From assembly GCA_964035545.1 (NCBI GenBank), contig OZ037771.1, positions 1,189,628 to 1,253,627 on the forward strand: a DNA stretch of 64,000 nt, written 5' to 3'. The position numbers and the translations under genes were made by a program. Positions 1 to 13,731 of the stretch are shown one piece after another (the first letter of the stretch is position 1; the number at the start of each line of letters is the position of its first letter). The notes under the pieces were generated by a model. The model saw nothing but the letters and a program-made list of their open reading frames with translations. It did no database searches and was not told the DNA's origin. This DNA is from Bugula neritina (taxonomy: Eukaryota > Animalia > Bryozoa).

Positions 1-81
1 GCTGACATTATGACAACCAATTGAGTTTCAAACCTACTTAAAAAGTGTAGCCTGTAAACTATGCTTAATAATTGTATTTAG

Positions 82-3000
82 ATGTTTCGCACCAGGTACC
101 ACTCTAGGAGACTTGGCTCTGTTGACTTGTCGGGCTATAAGTTTGTTGATGTGACCTCCCACCCTAGAGAAGTTCTACCAAACCCTGAGGACTATGACCC
201 GTACACGACATACGACCTCCGCAAGGTCAGGGGAGGTTACCGCTCTCTCACACACGCTCTCAAGTGTCTCAAGGTCAACTTCAATAGCGAGCAGGTTAGA
301 GATTTACAAATGATTAACTGCGAACCTTTCATATCCTGTGATGTGGTGTTCTTCTAGCACGTGCTGGTATATTCTTTCTCTAATGTGAGTGTAAAAGTGA
401 TGTCACTAGAGCTGCTGCCTGTACTAGAGTACTGCTGTTATGGCTGCTATATCTATTAGTTCAAGTAATAGTAGTATAATACTATTATTATTACTTGTGA
501 CACCATTAGTACTACTACTAGTTGTACAAGTCTAGTACTTGTGTGACCACTGCTGCTAGTACTACAGTACGGCTACTAGTGCTACTACTACTAGTATTAC
601 AGTACTGCTACTAGTACTACTACTACTAGTACTACAGTACTGCTACTAGTACTACTACTACTAGTACTACAGGGCGGTTACTAGTACTACAGTGTGGTTA
701 CTAGTAGTATATGATAATTTCGGGATTATGTATGCTGCCACATTCACTGACTCTTCACCTGATGCCGTTATGTAGAATATTGACTACTTGCTGTCTGGAC
801 ACAAAGAAGTAATTGAGTTGGAGGTGAAGCTATCTGGGAAGGCTGACGCAGTGGCTGTCTGGTAGATACACACATATACTTCGTAGTCATACTCACAGTT
901 TCATAATATTCTATCATATTATCTGCATTTGGTAAACTTATTTCCTATGTGAAAAACAGAATATATATCATAAAGTGATGTGGTTAAGATTTAGATAGTA
1001 TTTCAAAGTTGTTATGGTGAACTCAATCTATGTTGAGAGAATTGTCAGGATTGTTAGGATATTGTTTATTAGTACTTCAGAATCCAAGAGTGTTTTAAAT
1101 GTGTGTATAGATTGTAAAGTGGAGCTTCTTTCAGCATCATTACTTGAATGAACATTTCGTAGTATAACACTTGGTAGTATATTACTCACGCGTGTCTAGT
1201 CATTATCTTCATCACAGAACTCTGCCATTTATTTGCTCCAGTGTGTGTCATACTATAAAGAAACAATCCACCAGAGTTTTCTCAGCTGGAGTTGTCTGCC
1301 CTCAGACTCTAATAGATATATATAGCAACACTAACTCTAATCTCTATGCTGTGTTTACTGCTCTGGTGATGTGAGATGTTGTATTCCAGGTTTGACCTGT
1401 ATGTGGATGAGAATAACATGATTAGCTCGAATCCTGAGGTTGATAACACTAGTTGTTGGGACGTGGCTGTGTTCCCCGTAACAGACGCATACTTCTTGAA
1501 TGCCAACAACCGTGTGTCTTTAGAGATGATTTCTGTTGACGACCACCTAGAGTTTAACCTACTTTCTACTGGCAATGCTTTGTCACATTGTACAGTAGGT
1601 CCACAGGCTAAAACTACATTGGAAGACAGGCTACAATTAATCTACCTTCACACTGAGGATATATACAGGTATAATCAACTGCTTACCTGTAGGTCATTAT
1701 ATATAGCTTTATGTCATCACTAATAAATGGTTGCCTTGTGCCCCTCCCCAGCGTTACTCACCTCTGTACTTAACTGTACTCTACTGTCGTTGGTGAATAC
1801 ATAATGTCATGACGCTGTGCTGTTACCTCTTACACTGGCCACTAATATGCAATCAATAAACAGTTATTAATAAAATGTTTTACTGTCGTGTATGCTTCAT
1901 GTGATATGTAAAAGTTCTCTATGTTGTTATGAAATAAGTTGAAATATAGGAGTCAACCCAACTCGAATATCTTATCACAAGATGCACTTTACTATTTAGT
2001 AAACTTGGAGAATAAATGTATGTATTTATTAGTGCTGTGCTGTGCTCTATATTGTTGGTATGTTTCACTGTCCCTCTCTACTGGTATATTCTATTTATAT
2101 GTTGAGATAATATCCCCTTCTATCCCACAGACTCCATGACAGCATACTCAACGAGGAGTTGGTCAGTTCTATCCAACTGTTACAGGCGGAGAGAGCCAAT
2201 CAGCACGGCCAGTTCAACATCCTTGACATGTCTACAAACTTCTCTCTTCTACCTATTCAAGTAAGGTCACGCAACTCCTCAACAGTGTCCATATAATTAC
2301 TGTTGGTGATGTATTGATGTAGTCACTAAGTTATTGTTAGAAAGTAGATTGAGTTGATCAGTGTAATAAGGCCATTGATGAATTATTTGATTAATATAAT
2401 CAATAATAGATGACAAATGAAATACAGAGTTGAAGTTGTCTGCTCCACCACTTGTTTCTCTATAATTGCTTGGGCTGCTTTGCATGTTGTATGCAGCTCT
2501 TCAGTTCTTTATAATACTGTAATATATTTCCATCATCTGTTTAGTTTAACTCACATTCATTTGTCAGAAAGTTGTAATAAATCCTCATCAAAGACAAATG
2601 TTATTATATTTATTTTGTTCTCGCAGCACCAGAAGGTTTGCGGTGTTTGTATGACACGACAAAATCTTGACACAAAGTGTATTGCTTACTGCGTAACCTT
2701 ACATCTGTCCAATTGTAGGCATGCCTTTCAGGTGCAGACAATTCCTACTGGTTGGACACTGGAAACCATTACACACAGGAAGTATATTCTAAACTTTGTC
2801 AGCAAAACAACGTAAAGACAGCATCTGTATTGTCAGGTACTTTTATCATTCATATTATCTGCTGCTTTTCATACCGTTTGTATTATACCTGAATGTGTCT
2901 GTATTATCAAAGAGTTCCACCTTTATATTTTGTCTTTTCTAACTGGTTATATACTTTAGACAGAGATGGCTGTGCTGGGTTAGAGCTTCACTGTGTGTTC

Positions 3001-4456
3001 TGTGATCCAATAAACTCAGACGGGACACTCAAGTCCAGCGTTCTCCGAGACCTTGCATATATCAGGTAAGGTACTCAGACTAGTAATAATGACTCACACC
3101 ATTCTGTATCATTTAGTACAGAATACTTCAGGATAAAACTGTTTTGGATAAAATACTGAATAGGTTGCCCTGTTGAAGCAGTTGTTATGAAAGCTTTTTA
3201 ATTAATTTAAAGCTAATCATTCTAAATTCTGTAATGTTATGTCGGCTGTTTGGTATCTGAAGTTCTCCACATTCACAATGCCTCCATGTTCAAAGCTCTA
3301 TAATCTAGTGAGAAGAACTTTTAATGGAAATGGTGTTTGCATGCAGAGTTTTTGTGTACTCTGTATAGTTTAATTTCTTGCAGCTCCTTCTCAGTGAAAG
3401 GGTGTAGGGGGAGAGTATTACCTCGAAAGCTGAGGCTACACGGAATCTGTATTAATTCGACGGAGCTGATGGAGTCCAGTCGTGTACTCGGCACCAGGAA
3501 TACGTGTGGGTTTGATGTTCAGAGTATGAACAACTTCCAGGTTAGTTATCAAGTGATGTGTCGGCAGGGGGTAGGGTAGGGGTGGATGAAGGGGGTTCAG
3601 TCATATTACCATAATTGTGTCAGTAACTTCTTTCTGATTCTTTCACAAGCTTGTAGAACCCTTGAATACCTTGAATAGCTCGTTTCCTTTGATTGACTCT
3701 ATTTCTCTCACTTCCTGTACTGACATGCTTTCAGACAAGAACTCACCGAGACATTGACTTGCACGCGCTAGACTACACTCTGATCACACAATCAACTGAG
3801 CTCCTGGTTCTAGATCTCAATTCAGAAGAGACAGATGGAAGAGGTATGTGAATATTCCACCAAAGAATGTTCTAGAATGTTCTAGTAGGAGATGTGAGCC
3901 AGTATGTTTTGTACTGACATATTCAGCAGCCAATGACGTGCTGACACATGTTTATAGGGTATCCGTCCTATCTCAATGCCAGCAACACAGTGAAAGAGTC
4001 GTGCATGCAGGATAAGAGTAGCGGGTTCATTGATCTCCACGCCATTGTTTACTGGTAAGTAGACATCAGTGCTTATGAAGTATCATAATCAGGGTTTCTA
4101 CAGTAACCAGGCACTTTATTTTAGCCCTTGGTTGTTATGAGTGCGAAATTTACTTGTAGTAACAGCCAATAATGTACGCGTGTCAGGGGCTTTGACCTAT
4201 ACATCATTCACCTATACATCATTTACCTATGCATTGTATACCTATACATCATTTACCTATGCATGTCTCTAGGTTTGAATTTGAGATGAATGGAAGCTCC
4301 AAGGTATCAACTTTAGATCAGAGAACTCATTATCGACAGGCAGCAGTCGTCCTTCCTCAAGCCAAAGCTTGCTCTTTTAATGATCAAGTAGAGATAACTG
4401 CTAAAATCGTGGATGGTGCCTTGTTCATAGACGCTAGTGTTGGAGCACAACTATAG
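82..4456 (+). CDS. PRMT9: Protein arginine N-methyltransferase 9, 3' portion (5' exons outside window); spliced
   Basis: GT-AG exons at approx. 82-293, 776-861, 1390-1668, 2131-2260, 2720-2837, 2960-3065, 3384-3540, 3735-3843, 3958-4054 and 4273-4456. They give DPYTTYDLRKVRGGYRSLT..VNFN, GKADAVAVWFDLYVD..SCWDVAVFPV and THYRQAAVVL, matching recalled PRMT9 motifs (EPYTTE..PGGY..LT, LDAIMVWF..CWEQAVYPV, SHWKQAAVVL). Stop TAG at 4454-4456. Confidence 0.88.
500..710. repeat. Low-complexity ACT/AGT tandem repeat in PRMT9 intron
   Basis: Repeated ctactagtactacag / actactactagt words. Confidence 0.8.
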
Positions 4457-5168
4457 ATGGCCTCCTCACTTTGTACTTTCTTTTCCTTTGTTTTTAGCTA
4501 TAAATAATATTGTTTTTTAATTAATTTATATTTAAAAGATAATTTTTGTCGAACATTTTTTGATTACTCTTTTAAATGTATCACATGCCTATGTTATAAT
4601 GTGTAATTTTATGTCGTTGCACTGCAACCTGAAGTGTTATTCTTGTAGATAAAATTATTAGATTTCTTGTTGTACATATTATAGATAAAATAGTGCAGTG
4701 TAAGTAATACAGTTTAGCAAAAAAGTGAATAATGATATATTAATAATAACATTTTATTTTCCTAAATAATTCACTGCTGTTGATTTGCATTTTGCTCAAC
4801 ATCAGCCACTACAATAATAATATTATTATGTTCACTTGCGTCTATTTAAAGATATGAAGTTGTCTTCTCATGGAAAATTCAATAGTAGTTTTCTTATATA
4901 ATTTTCTATCGGCTACAAAAAATACGCCTCGTAGTTAAAATTATGTTGTAGCTTGAGCTCTAAGGCACCGGAAATAAATAGCACATGGATATCACAAATA
5001 TACCTACCAAACTAACTGCAGTGGTTCAAAACTTCTACTTGATTATTTTGGTTTGTTAGTATTAGAGCTCTGTAAATCAGTTTATTTAGACTGAATTTAT
5101 TTAGGTAGAACTAGAGTTTTAATTTTTTATTATCAGAGTTATTTCATTTTGTGAAATAAAACACAAAC

Positions 5169-6971
5169 ATGGCTACAAAAGTTGTCAACAAGCTGCCTCA
5201 TAATTTGCCACAGTTGCAAAATCTGATCAAGAGAGATCCTGGCTCATACAAAGAAGAAGTAAGTACAAATAAACATCAATTAAACATTACATGTAAAACT
5301 AAATATGAAATATAGTATGTTTTATTTTATATAAACAAATATTTATGCGAACACTGACAGCGACGCCCATTAATATTTTCAAAACCAAGCCAAAATTCAA
5401 ATTGAGATTCAGATTGTCAAGTCTATCAGTCAATGTGATTGTGATTGTGATTTTCTACATGTTCAATACTGGTGCAAGTACAAGAAGTAAAATACACACT
5501 AATACTCATAGCGATAATTGAAGTTATCCTTATTGTGACTTAGTCCAATATGAGTTATAGCTGATGAATGAAACCCTATCATAATATTCTGACTCTTTCA
5601 GTGTCTAGGCTAGTCTGACTCTGAGACTTAAGAGTAAGTCTAGTGTAATCAAACAGTAAGGAATAAGAGTAACATTGATATTTAATAGTGATAGTAGTAC
5701 CAATTGAAAGGCAACATTAATACTGATAGTAATTGTAATTTATAATAAATATAATAGTTTATTATAAAACTAAATGTTATAAAATTTATAATATTCATAA
5801 TTGATATTGTTATTATAATCATATTTAGATTGAATGTAATATCTTCTAGTTCTATTGACCTGGTAACAATTTTAATAAGTATAACAATTATGATGTGATT
5901 AGTGGAACAATATTTATACTAATATACTAATATACTTAAATAATTAGATAATCATAATATAGTTATAAATAATATTTGCCAGACTGAGACAAATTTAAGA
6001 ATATCTAATTGTTCAATTATATAAACATCTATGATGAAATAATTGAGCTAATTTACATGCCTAACTTATAATTTGGGTGGCTATGATTAGGCCTATTAAA
6101 AAGAAAACACTATATATTTGTATTTCAATTGTCATACTGGTTTCAGCTTGTTTTATATTTGTACTGCTTCCTTCATGGTGTGCAATCTTATTTATTGTAG
6201 TTTGTGCAACAATACAGGCATTATCAATCGAGTGTAGAGATTTTCCAGCTCAATCCTACTCAATACAACAAATCTCTAGCGGAACTAGTAATGTTTCTAG
6301 CACAAGTGAGTGTCTAACAACTCACTAAAGGTAATTCCTTTGCTTTTTCTCAAAATGATTTCCCAAGCCTCATTATTTTGTTTTATAACTAAATTGTATT
6401 GTCTCCAGGTGTCTAAGTGTTTTAAAGAGGAATTAATGAACTACCCATCTGACCTGATTCTTTTGCTCAGGAGACACTCTACTCAACTAGATCCAGAAAT
6501 CAGAGTGGTTTGTTATTCTATTTATTTATATTTTAATTGTTTACAGACTGACATCTTCCAGTACTACAAGTAGATATTAAGTGAGTTGCTCTTCATGCAT
6601 TTTCCTAGCCGATTGATACAATGTGCTAGGTTATACATAGATATATAATACAATGTACTAGGTGATGTGTATACATAGTTATATAATACAATGTACTAGG
6701 TGATGTGTATACATAGTTATATAATACAATGTACTAGGTGATGTGTATACATAGTTATATAATACAATGTACCAGGTGATGTGTAAAGCCCTGATACTAC
6801 TAAGGAACAAGAAGCTGGTAGAACCAGTAGCGCTGCTGGAGCTATTCTTTGAGCTGTTCAGATGCCAAGACAAAGTGTTGAGGAAATTTCTCTTTGCTTA
6901 CATAGTCAACGACATTAAAACCATCAACTCAAAGAAGAAAGATCCCAAGTTGAACAAAGTATGTATGATAG

Positions 6972-7009
<38 letters not shown>

Positions 7010-10000
7010 GTGTAGAGTAACTGTGTGTAGAGTAACTGTGTGGTGTTTGTCAAGATGCTACTTGAAATGTAAATGGAATACCTCTCTGTATATCTTCTGT
7101 TATAAAAAGAACTTCTGTGTGAATATTGTTTTCTGGTGTTATTGTAAGATGTAATGCCCTATCTCTCTACACTGAGTTTATGAATAGTTTAAATGCTGAT
7201 TCTTTTGCAGGCATTACAGAATTTTATGTTTGCCATGCTGAGAGATAATAACAGCACTGCGGCTAAAATGTCTTTGGTAAGACAGAACATTTATATATTA
7301 TATTATGTACTGTATATGCTGTAATATGTTTATATAGTGTAATATGTTTATATATTGTAATATTCTTTATATAATATATTACTACCTGTATATGTCATAT
7401 TATATTTATATATTAGATTATATTTATATATTATATTATGTACTTTATATATTGTAATATGTTTGTATATTATAATATGTTTATATATTGTAATATTCTT
7501 ATACACTGTATTTATATAGTCTTCATTTATTTTAACATGTATATATTATACTATATTTATATATCGTATTATATTTATATATTATATTTTATTTATATAA
7601 TGTATTGTGTTTATATTTTATTGTATTATGTTTACATCATAAAAGTGACAATATGAGTAAAGTTTGATAAAAAAAGCTGTACTTGCGCGATAACCTCATG
7701 TTGATATTTACAAAGTTTAAACAACTCAAGCTATTATCACAAGTATATTGTTGACTCTGTATAATCTCTGCTGTCAGATTGAGTATGATTTGCCCACAGG
7801 ACGTTATGATAGAGTTATACAAGCGCAACATCTGGCACAACGAGAAGACAGTGAATGTGCTCAGCACGGCGCTGTTCAGTAAAGTCACCAAGATCTCTGT
7901 GGCCACACTCAGATTCTTTGTTGGCAGAGACGAGGAGAATGAAGGGGAAGACGACTCTGATGACGACGAAGAAACAGTGAGCAGAATATTATGTTTAATA
8001 TGTAATATATGCTTGTCATATATATGTAATATATGCTTGTCATATATATGTAATATATGCTTGTCATATATATGTAATATATGCTTGTCATATATATGTA
8101 ATATATGCTTGTCATATATATGTAATATATCCTTGTAATATATATGTAATATATGCTTGTCATATATATGTAATATATGCTTGTAATATATATGTAGTAT
8201 ATGCTTGTCATATATATGTAGTATATGCTTGTCATATATATGTAGTATATGCTTGTCATATATATGTAGTATATGCTTGTCATATATATGTAGTATATGC
8301 TTGTCATATATATGTAGTATATGCTTGTCATATATATGTAGTATATGCTTGTCATATATATGTAGTATATGCTTGTCATATATATGTAGTATATGCTTGT
8401 CATATATATGTAGTATATGCTTGTCATATATATGTAGTATATGCTTGTCATATATATGTAGTATATGCTTGTCATATATATGTAGTATATGCTTGTCATA
8501 TATATGTAGTATATGCTTGTCATATATATGTAGTATATGCTTGTCATATATATGTAGTATATGCTTGTCATATATATGTAGTATATGCTTGTCATATATA
8601 TGTAGTATATGCTTGTCATATATATGTAATATATGCTTGTCATATATATGTAATATATGCTTGTCATATATATGTAATATATGCTTGTCATATATATGTA
8701 ATATATGCTTGTCATATATATGTAATATATGCTTGTCATATATATGTAATATATGCTTGTCATATATATGTAATATATGCTTGTCATATATATGTAATAT
8801 ATGCTTGTCATATATATGTAATATATGCTTGTCATATATATGTAATATATGCTTGTCATATATATGTAATATATGCTTGTCATATATATGTAATATATGC
8901 TTGTCATATATATGTAATATATGCTTGTCATATATATGTAATATATGCTTGTCATATATATGTAATATATGCTTGTCATATATATGTAATATATGCTTGT
9001 CATATATATGTAATATATGCTTGTCATATATATGTAATATATGCTTGTCATATATATGTAATATATGCTTGTCATATATATGTAATATATTTCTGTTACA
9101 CGTTAGGTTATATGCAATATGTGATGTATAATATGTTGTGTTACATAAAATACATTGTATATAATATATTGCATATAACAAAAAGGTTAGTGTCAAGTAG
9201 ATATCAAGTTCTCCAATACAGTAGCAGATATAAAAGGATATTCTATAGTAGTGATGTCGATATTTGGTAAGGAATCACTGCTCCTGTCTGTTTGTTCTTG
9301 TAAAAGGTTAACGTTTTCTCCGCTAGAAAAAAGAACACCAGAACACAGTAGATCACCTGCGCTTGGCTCAGAAAGTCGGCAAACATTCAAAGAAAAAGGA
9401 GAAGAAACTGAAAAAAGTGACCAAAGAATTAACAAAGATAAAGAAGAAGAATAAATCAGAGTCGTTTAACTTTAGTGCTTTACACTTGCTTCATGACCCC
9501 CAGGGTAAGTTATACTTACTCGCATATGAGTATCAGGGTAAGTTATACTTACTCCCATGTGTTTATTAGGGTAAGTTATTCTATATATTTACATGCTTAG
9601 TTTAAAACTGTAGTTAGATGGCAGCCATCTTTGGAGCTGTTATTCCTTCTAACTTGGAGTTATCTTCTACCCATAGTGTTTATTGCAGATCTGAGTGAGA
9701 AACTGTTCAAACATGTTGAAGGAATTCACGAGAAGTTTGAAGTTAAACTGCTTTACTTGAACTTGATATCAAGACTGGTTGGTGTGCACGAGGTGAGTTG
9801 GAGTTGTCTCGTCTATTTGTATGGTGAGCTCTCCTTAACCTCTAGTGTTACATCAGCATGTAGCATATGTTTCAGTAGCTACTTTTCCTTCTAACCGTTA
9901 CATCATCTTATAGCCATATACAACTTCTTTGTTACTATTTCAGCTGCTGCTTCTCAACCTCTACCCTTATATGCAGCGCTTCCTCAAGCCACACCAGCGT

Positions 10001-13000
10001 GAAGTCACAAAAATATTGTTGTTTGTAGCTCAGGCTACGCATGCCCTAGTTCCACCAGAGGTGAGTCCATTTAAACTGTATTTTCTCTGTAACTAAGCCT
10101 ATACATTATACGTACATGCTCCATAGCTTATATTTAAGAAGGTGCAATGGCTTTTTCTCTATATGTATATATAACTTAAAATTATGTGTTTTGCATTTTA
10201 AGTTGATTGAAATGATTTGTGGTATTTATTAAAAGAATTCGCTACATTTTTGCTCTTTAGACTTTCAAAGTATATCCATCTGCATCTTTTGAAAAAAGTT
10301 TCCCCCATCAACACTAAGTAGAACAAAAACTTTCTTTTCGATTATTTCTCAACCGGTGGGGTTAGGGGGTTACAGAACTTGTATCTTTAATCTTCCCTCA
10401 CATTTTGGGCAAAATAGAGACGTGTTAAAAGGGGCAGGTGTCACTCGCTCCAACTAACAGGGCCAGATGTTAAGGTTCTCGCACTAAACTGTAGATAATG
10501 GAGTCGGTGCTAATGACTATAGCTAACAACTTCATAACTGAAAGGAACTCCTCAGAGGTGATGACTGTGGGTCTGAATGCAGTGAGAGAGGTGTGTGCGA
10601 GGGCCCCGCTCGCTATGAGTGAAACTCTGCTACAAGATCTTGTCCTGTATAAATCTCACAAGGATAAAGGTAGAGTATTTTCAGTCATGGGCAGCAAGTT
10701 GTATCTTGTGTTACTGAGCTGCAGATTATAATACATGTATTATATTATATTATATATATTATGTTGTATTACATTATTGTTATATTGTACATTATTATAT
10801 TATACTATGTTGTATACATGTAATACTGTACATTATTATATTATATTATATATATGTAATATATAATATTTCACTATATTATATTGTTACATATGTACAC
10901 TATATTATATTGTTACATATGTACACTATATTATATTGTTACATATGTACACTATATTATATTATGTATACTATATTATATTATGTACACTATATTATAT
11001 TATGTACACTATATTATATTATGTATACTATATTATATTATGTACACTATATTATATTGTTACATATGTACACTATATATATTATGTACACTATATTATA
11101 TTATGTATACTATATATATTATGTACACTATACAGGTGTACACATGGCCGCCAGGTCACTCATTCAGTTATTCCGAACTCTGAATCCCGAGATGCTGCAC
11201 AAGAAACACCGGGTGAGTGATGACACATCAACAATCAAACTAAAGTGGGCTGCTTACGACGCAGTTGCCATTTAGTTCTCATTGGTAAAGGTTTGTCCAC
11301 ACATTAAGTGTCAGTTCTGTAGAAACACGACTGTTCAAATCAGCCAGCATAAAATAGGACATGCACATTTGTCGTTGATTAAATTTTTGTTTGTATTTTG
11401 AATTTGTAACATTTGTAGCGATTCTTATGAGAAAATCTGATTGTTAGCGAGTAAACTCATACTTTGTAAAATCTGGCTGGTTTTCTGTAACTGGTAATGA
11501 CTGACTGTTCTGGCTGTCCAGGGGAAACCCACTGGACTGGAGGCGGAGGGCATAGCTGACTACGCTGCCCTCTCAGGGCGAGACCACATCTTGGGGGCGG
11601 AAGTTCTCGACTCCGAGGAAGAAGGAGAGAGGGAGGGGGGAGAGGATGGATGGGAGACGGCCAGTGATGCGGATGATGACAGTGACGGCGAGTGGATTGA
11701 CGTGCACCACTCCAGTGACGAGGATGTGCAGGTAAACAGAGCGCAGGTAAACACTGCAGGTGGATGACACATCACTCACATCAAACTTGCAGATTTTATA
11801 CTAGTGACTGATGAGCAATAATGTGTCGTCTCTTTGAGCGATTATGTTAAGAAAAATGTGTTACTCAGACTGGGCAACTTGATGAAAGTCTGATTATTGT
11901 TTTTTGGAGTTGCTTTTTCACAGCAGTGAGCATTTTCTGCAGCCTGCATTGATGTGTGGTATATGATACAGCATGACTGTAGTCAGCCACATTAGTACTA
12001 ATTGTCTGTTTATCCCCCATTCAACCTTTAGACAACTTTAAATATCTGCATAATGTAATATCAAGTAATATATTGTGTGTAATATAATGTAATTTTTAGG
12101 TTCTATTCTATTCAGCCTATTATAATACATAATATGTAATATGATGTATATTGTATATTATGTAATATAACATGATGTACATATGAATGCTACGGACTGT
12201 TGAAGGATGAAAAAGAGAAACTGGATTCGCTAACAACAGAGGAGAAGCTGGAAAAGTCTCGACACATCATGCAGAAGCGGATTCTGACGCAGGAAGACTT
12301 TGCTAAGATCCGAAGAGCTCAGCTGGCTAAGAAGGCTGGCATTAAAGAGAGGCGTGGCCTAAAAAGGAAGTCCCAGCAGACTACAGCTGATGAGTTGGCC
12401 GAGATCAGTTCAACTCACAAAGGGTGAGTCACGCTGCCCAGCAGCATTCTTAGTTCATCAGATTATTTGATGTCCCTCTACAGCATGCGATTGGTTGAAA
12501 CAGATGGGGTATTGAGTTGGCTTGTGTAAAGATTTTGTATAAAGATTAAACTACTGCTTCTATATTGCATCGATATTGTATTATTCAATGTATTTGCACA
12601 GTGCATTATTTTCAAGTTGTAGTTATGCTCTCTTGTTCCTTTGTGTCAAGAGAGCATAACTATTGTTGCCAAAATAAGCATCTGAAAAATAGTTTTCAAA
12701 GTTGTTGAATTTTAGGCTCCTAATGTGTCGATGCTTTCCCTACCTTATATATATTTGTCCAGCTGTGAATTTGTAACTGTGTCAACAGCCAACTGGAGTT
12801 GTATTCTACTGGCTATTTTAGTGATATTCTGCCATATTCTTCTATCGGATTTACACACAAGAAGCAGAAGACAGACAAGGCTGGCAAACTGGCCAAATCT
12901 CAGGTGAGAAAGAGCAGTGGACTGTGAACTCAGAATTTATCTGTTCATGCTGTGGGTTGTATACCTGATAGAGTTACTAACCATTAACCACTCATTATCA

Positions 13001-13483
13001 TCAAAGTAGAATAATATCTTATACATAAATTACAGGAAGGTAAAGAGGATCGAGGTAAATATGGGCACAGAGAGCACAATCCCGAGGCTGGTGTCACAAA
13101 CAAGGTGAAACTAAAGGCTAAAAACTTTCAGATGGTAAAACACAAGCTTCAGAAAAAAGGCAAAAGATCATTTAGGGACAAACAGGTCTGTTGAAATAAT
13201 ATTATCTCAGTAAGATAAAAAGTCAAACTGAATCCTGTGACTGTTATGTACAGGCAACTCTTAAATCCGTTATGATAGCCTTCTGGGCATAGAATTGAGC
13301 TCTGAGACTTGGAGTACTGCAACAAATTTTCATTGTCGTGCTACACATTCACTCACTCTAGCTGTATTTTAATGAATAACTATGTATTTAAATACAAATA
13401 TGAAACGTTGTAGCTTAAAGTAGGTTTCTGTCTTATTGCAGATGTCACTCAAGAAATCTCTTTTAAAGAAGGGAAGAAAGTGA
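5169..13483 (+). CDS. SDAD1: SDA1 domain-containing protein 1 (60S ribosome biogenesis); spliced, about 14 coding exons
   Basis: ATG 5169 [30 protein letters not shown]. Later exons give LDPEIRV|[18 protein letters not shown]|[63 protein letters not shown] and [17 protein letters not shown]. Stop TGA at 13481-13483. Confidence 0.96.
6620..6785 (+). repeat. 38-bp tandem repeat spanning an SDAD1 splice acceptor
   Basis: Unit gtgatgtgtatacatagttatataatacaatgtactag starts at 6662, 6700 and 6738; the exon starts at 6776 with the same GTGATGTGTA. Confidence 0.9.
6974..7013. repeat. (TG)n microsatellite
   Basis: Direct TG run. Confidence 0.95.
7998..9090. repeat. 24-bp minisatellite, about 45 copies, SDAD1 intron
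   Basis: Unit atatgtaatatatgcttgtcatat, with an internal block carrying gtagta. Confidence 0.98.
10730..11135. repeat. AT-rich degenerate minisatellite (tatgtacactatattatat) ending at an SDAD1 acceptor
   Basis: Repeated atgtacactatattatatt words up to tatacag|GTGTACAC. Confidence 0.85.
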
Positions 13484-13556
13484 AGTATGTATCATAAGAA
13501 TTGAGACCTAATACTGTTACCGAATGACAACTGAATTGCGATGGGATGGACGTCTT

Positions 13557-13565
13557 TTTATTAAA
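13557..13565. terminator. Candidate overlapping poly(A) signals of convergent SDAD1 (ATTAAA, +) and BAP18 (AATAAA, -)
   Basis: TTTATTAAA lies between stop codons that are about 250 bp apart. Confidence 0.5.
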
Positions 13566-13731
13566 AAATCCATTGTACTACACAATATTTATAAAATATA
13601 TTTACATGTACAAAAAGCAATTTTAATAACATTATTTACCAACTATATACATTAGACACCATCACATCTGATTAGATGGAATGCATGTGATTGGTTGTCA
13701 AATATTTACAATGAATTCTACTGGCTCAATC

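Noticed and set aside
2417-2815. 132-aa ORF as a PRMT9 exon
   Set aside because: Splice phases fit an exon at 2720-2837 in another frame (ACLSGADNSY...), so this ORF is incidental.
7637-9196. Long ORFs of 519, 388 and 308 aa ([24 protein letters not shown] repeats)
   Set aside because: They are translations of a 24-bp intronic minisatellite that is stop-free by composition.
10884-11135. Tyr/Ile/Cys-rich ORFs, likewise at 40350-40757, 45827-46018 and 59296-59592
   Set aside because: All are translations of intronic tandem repeats.
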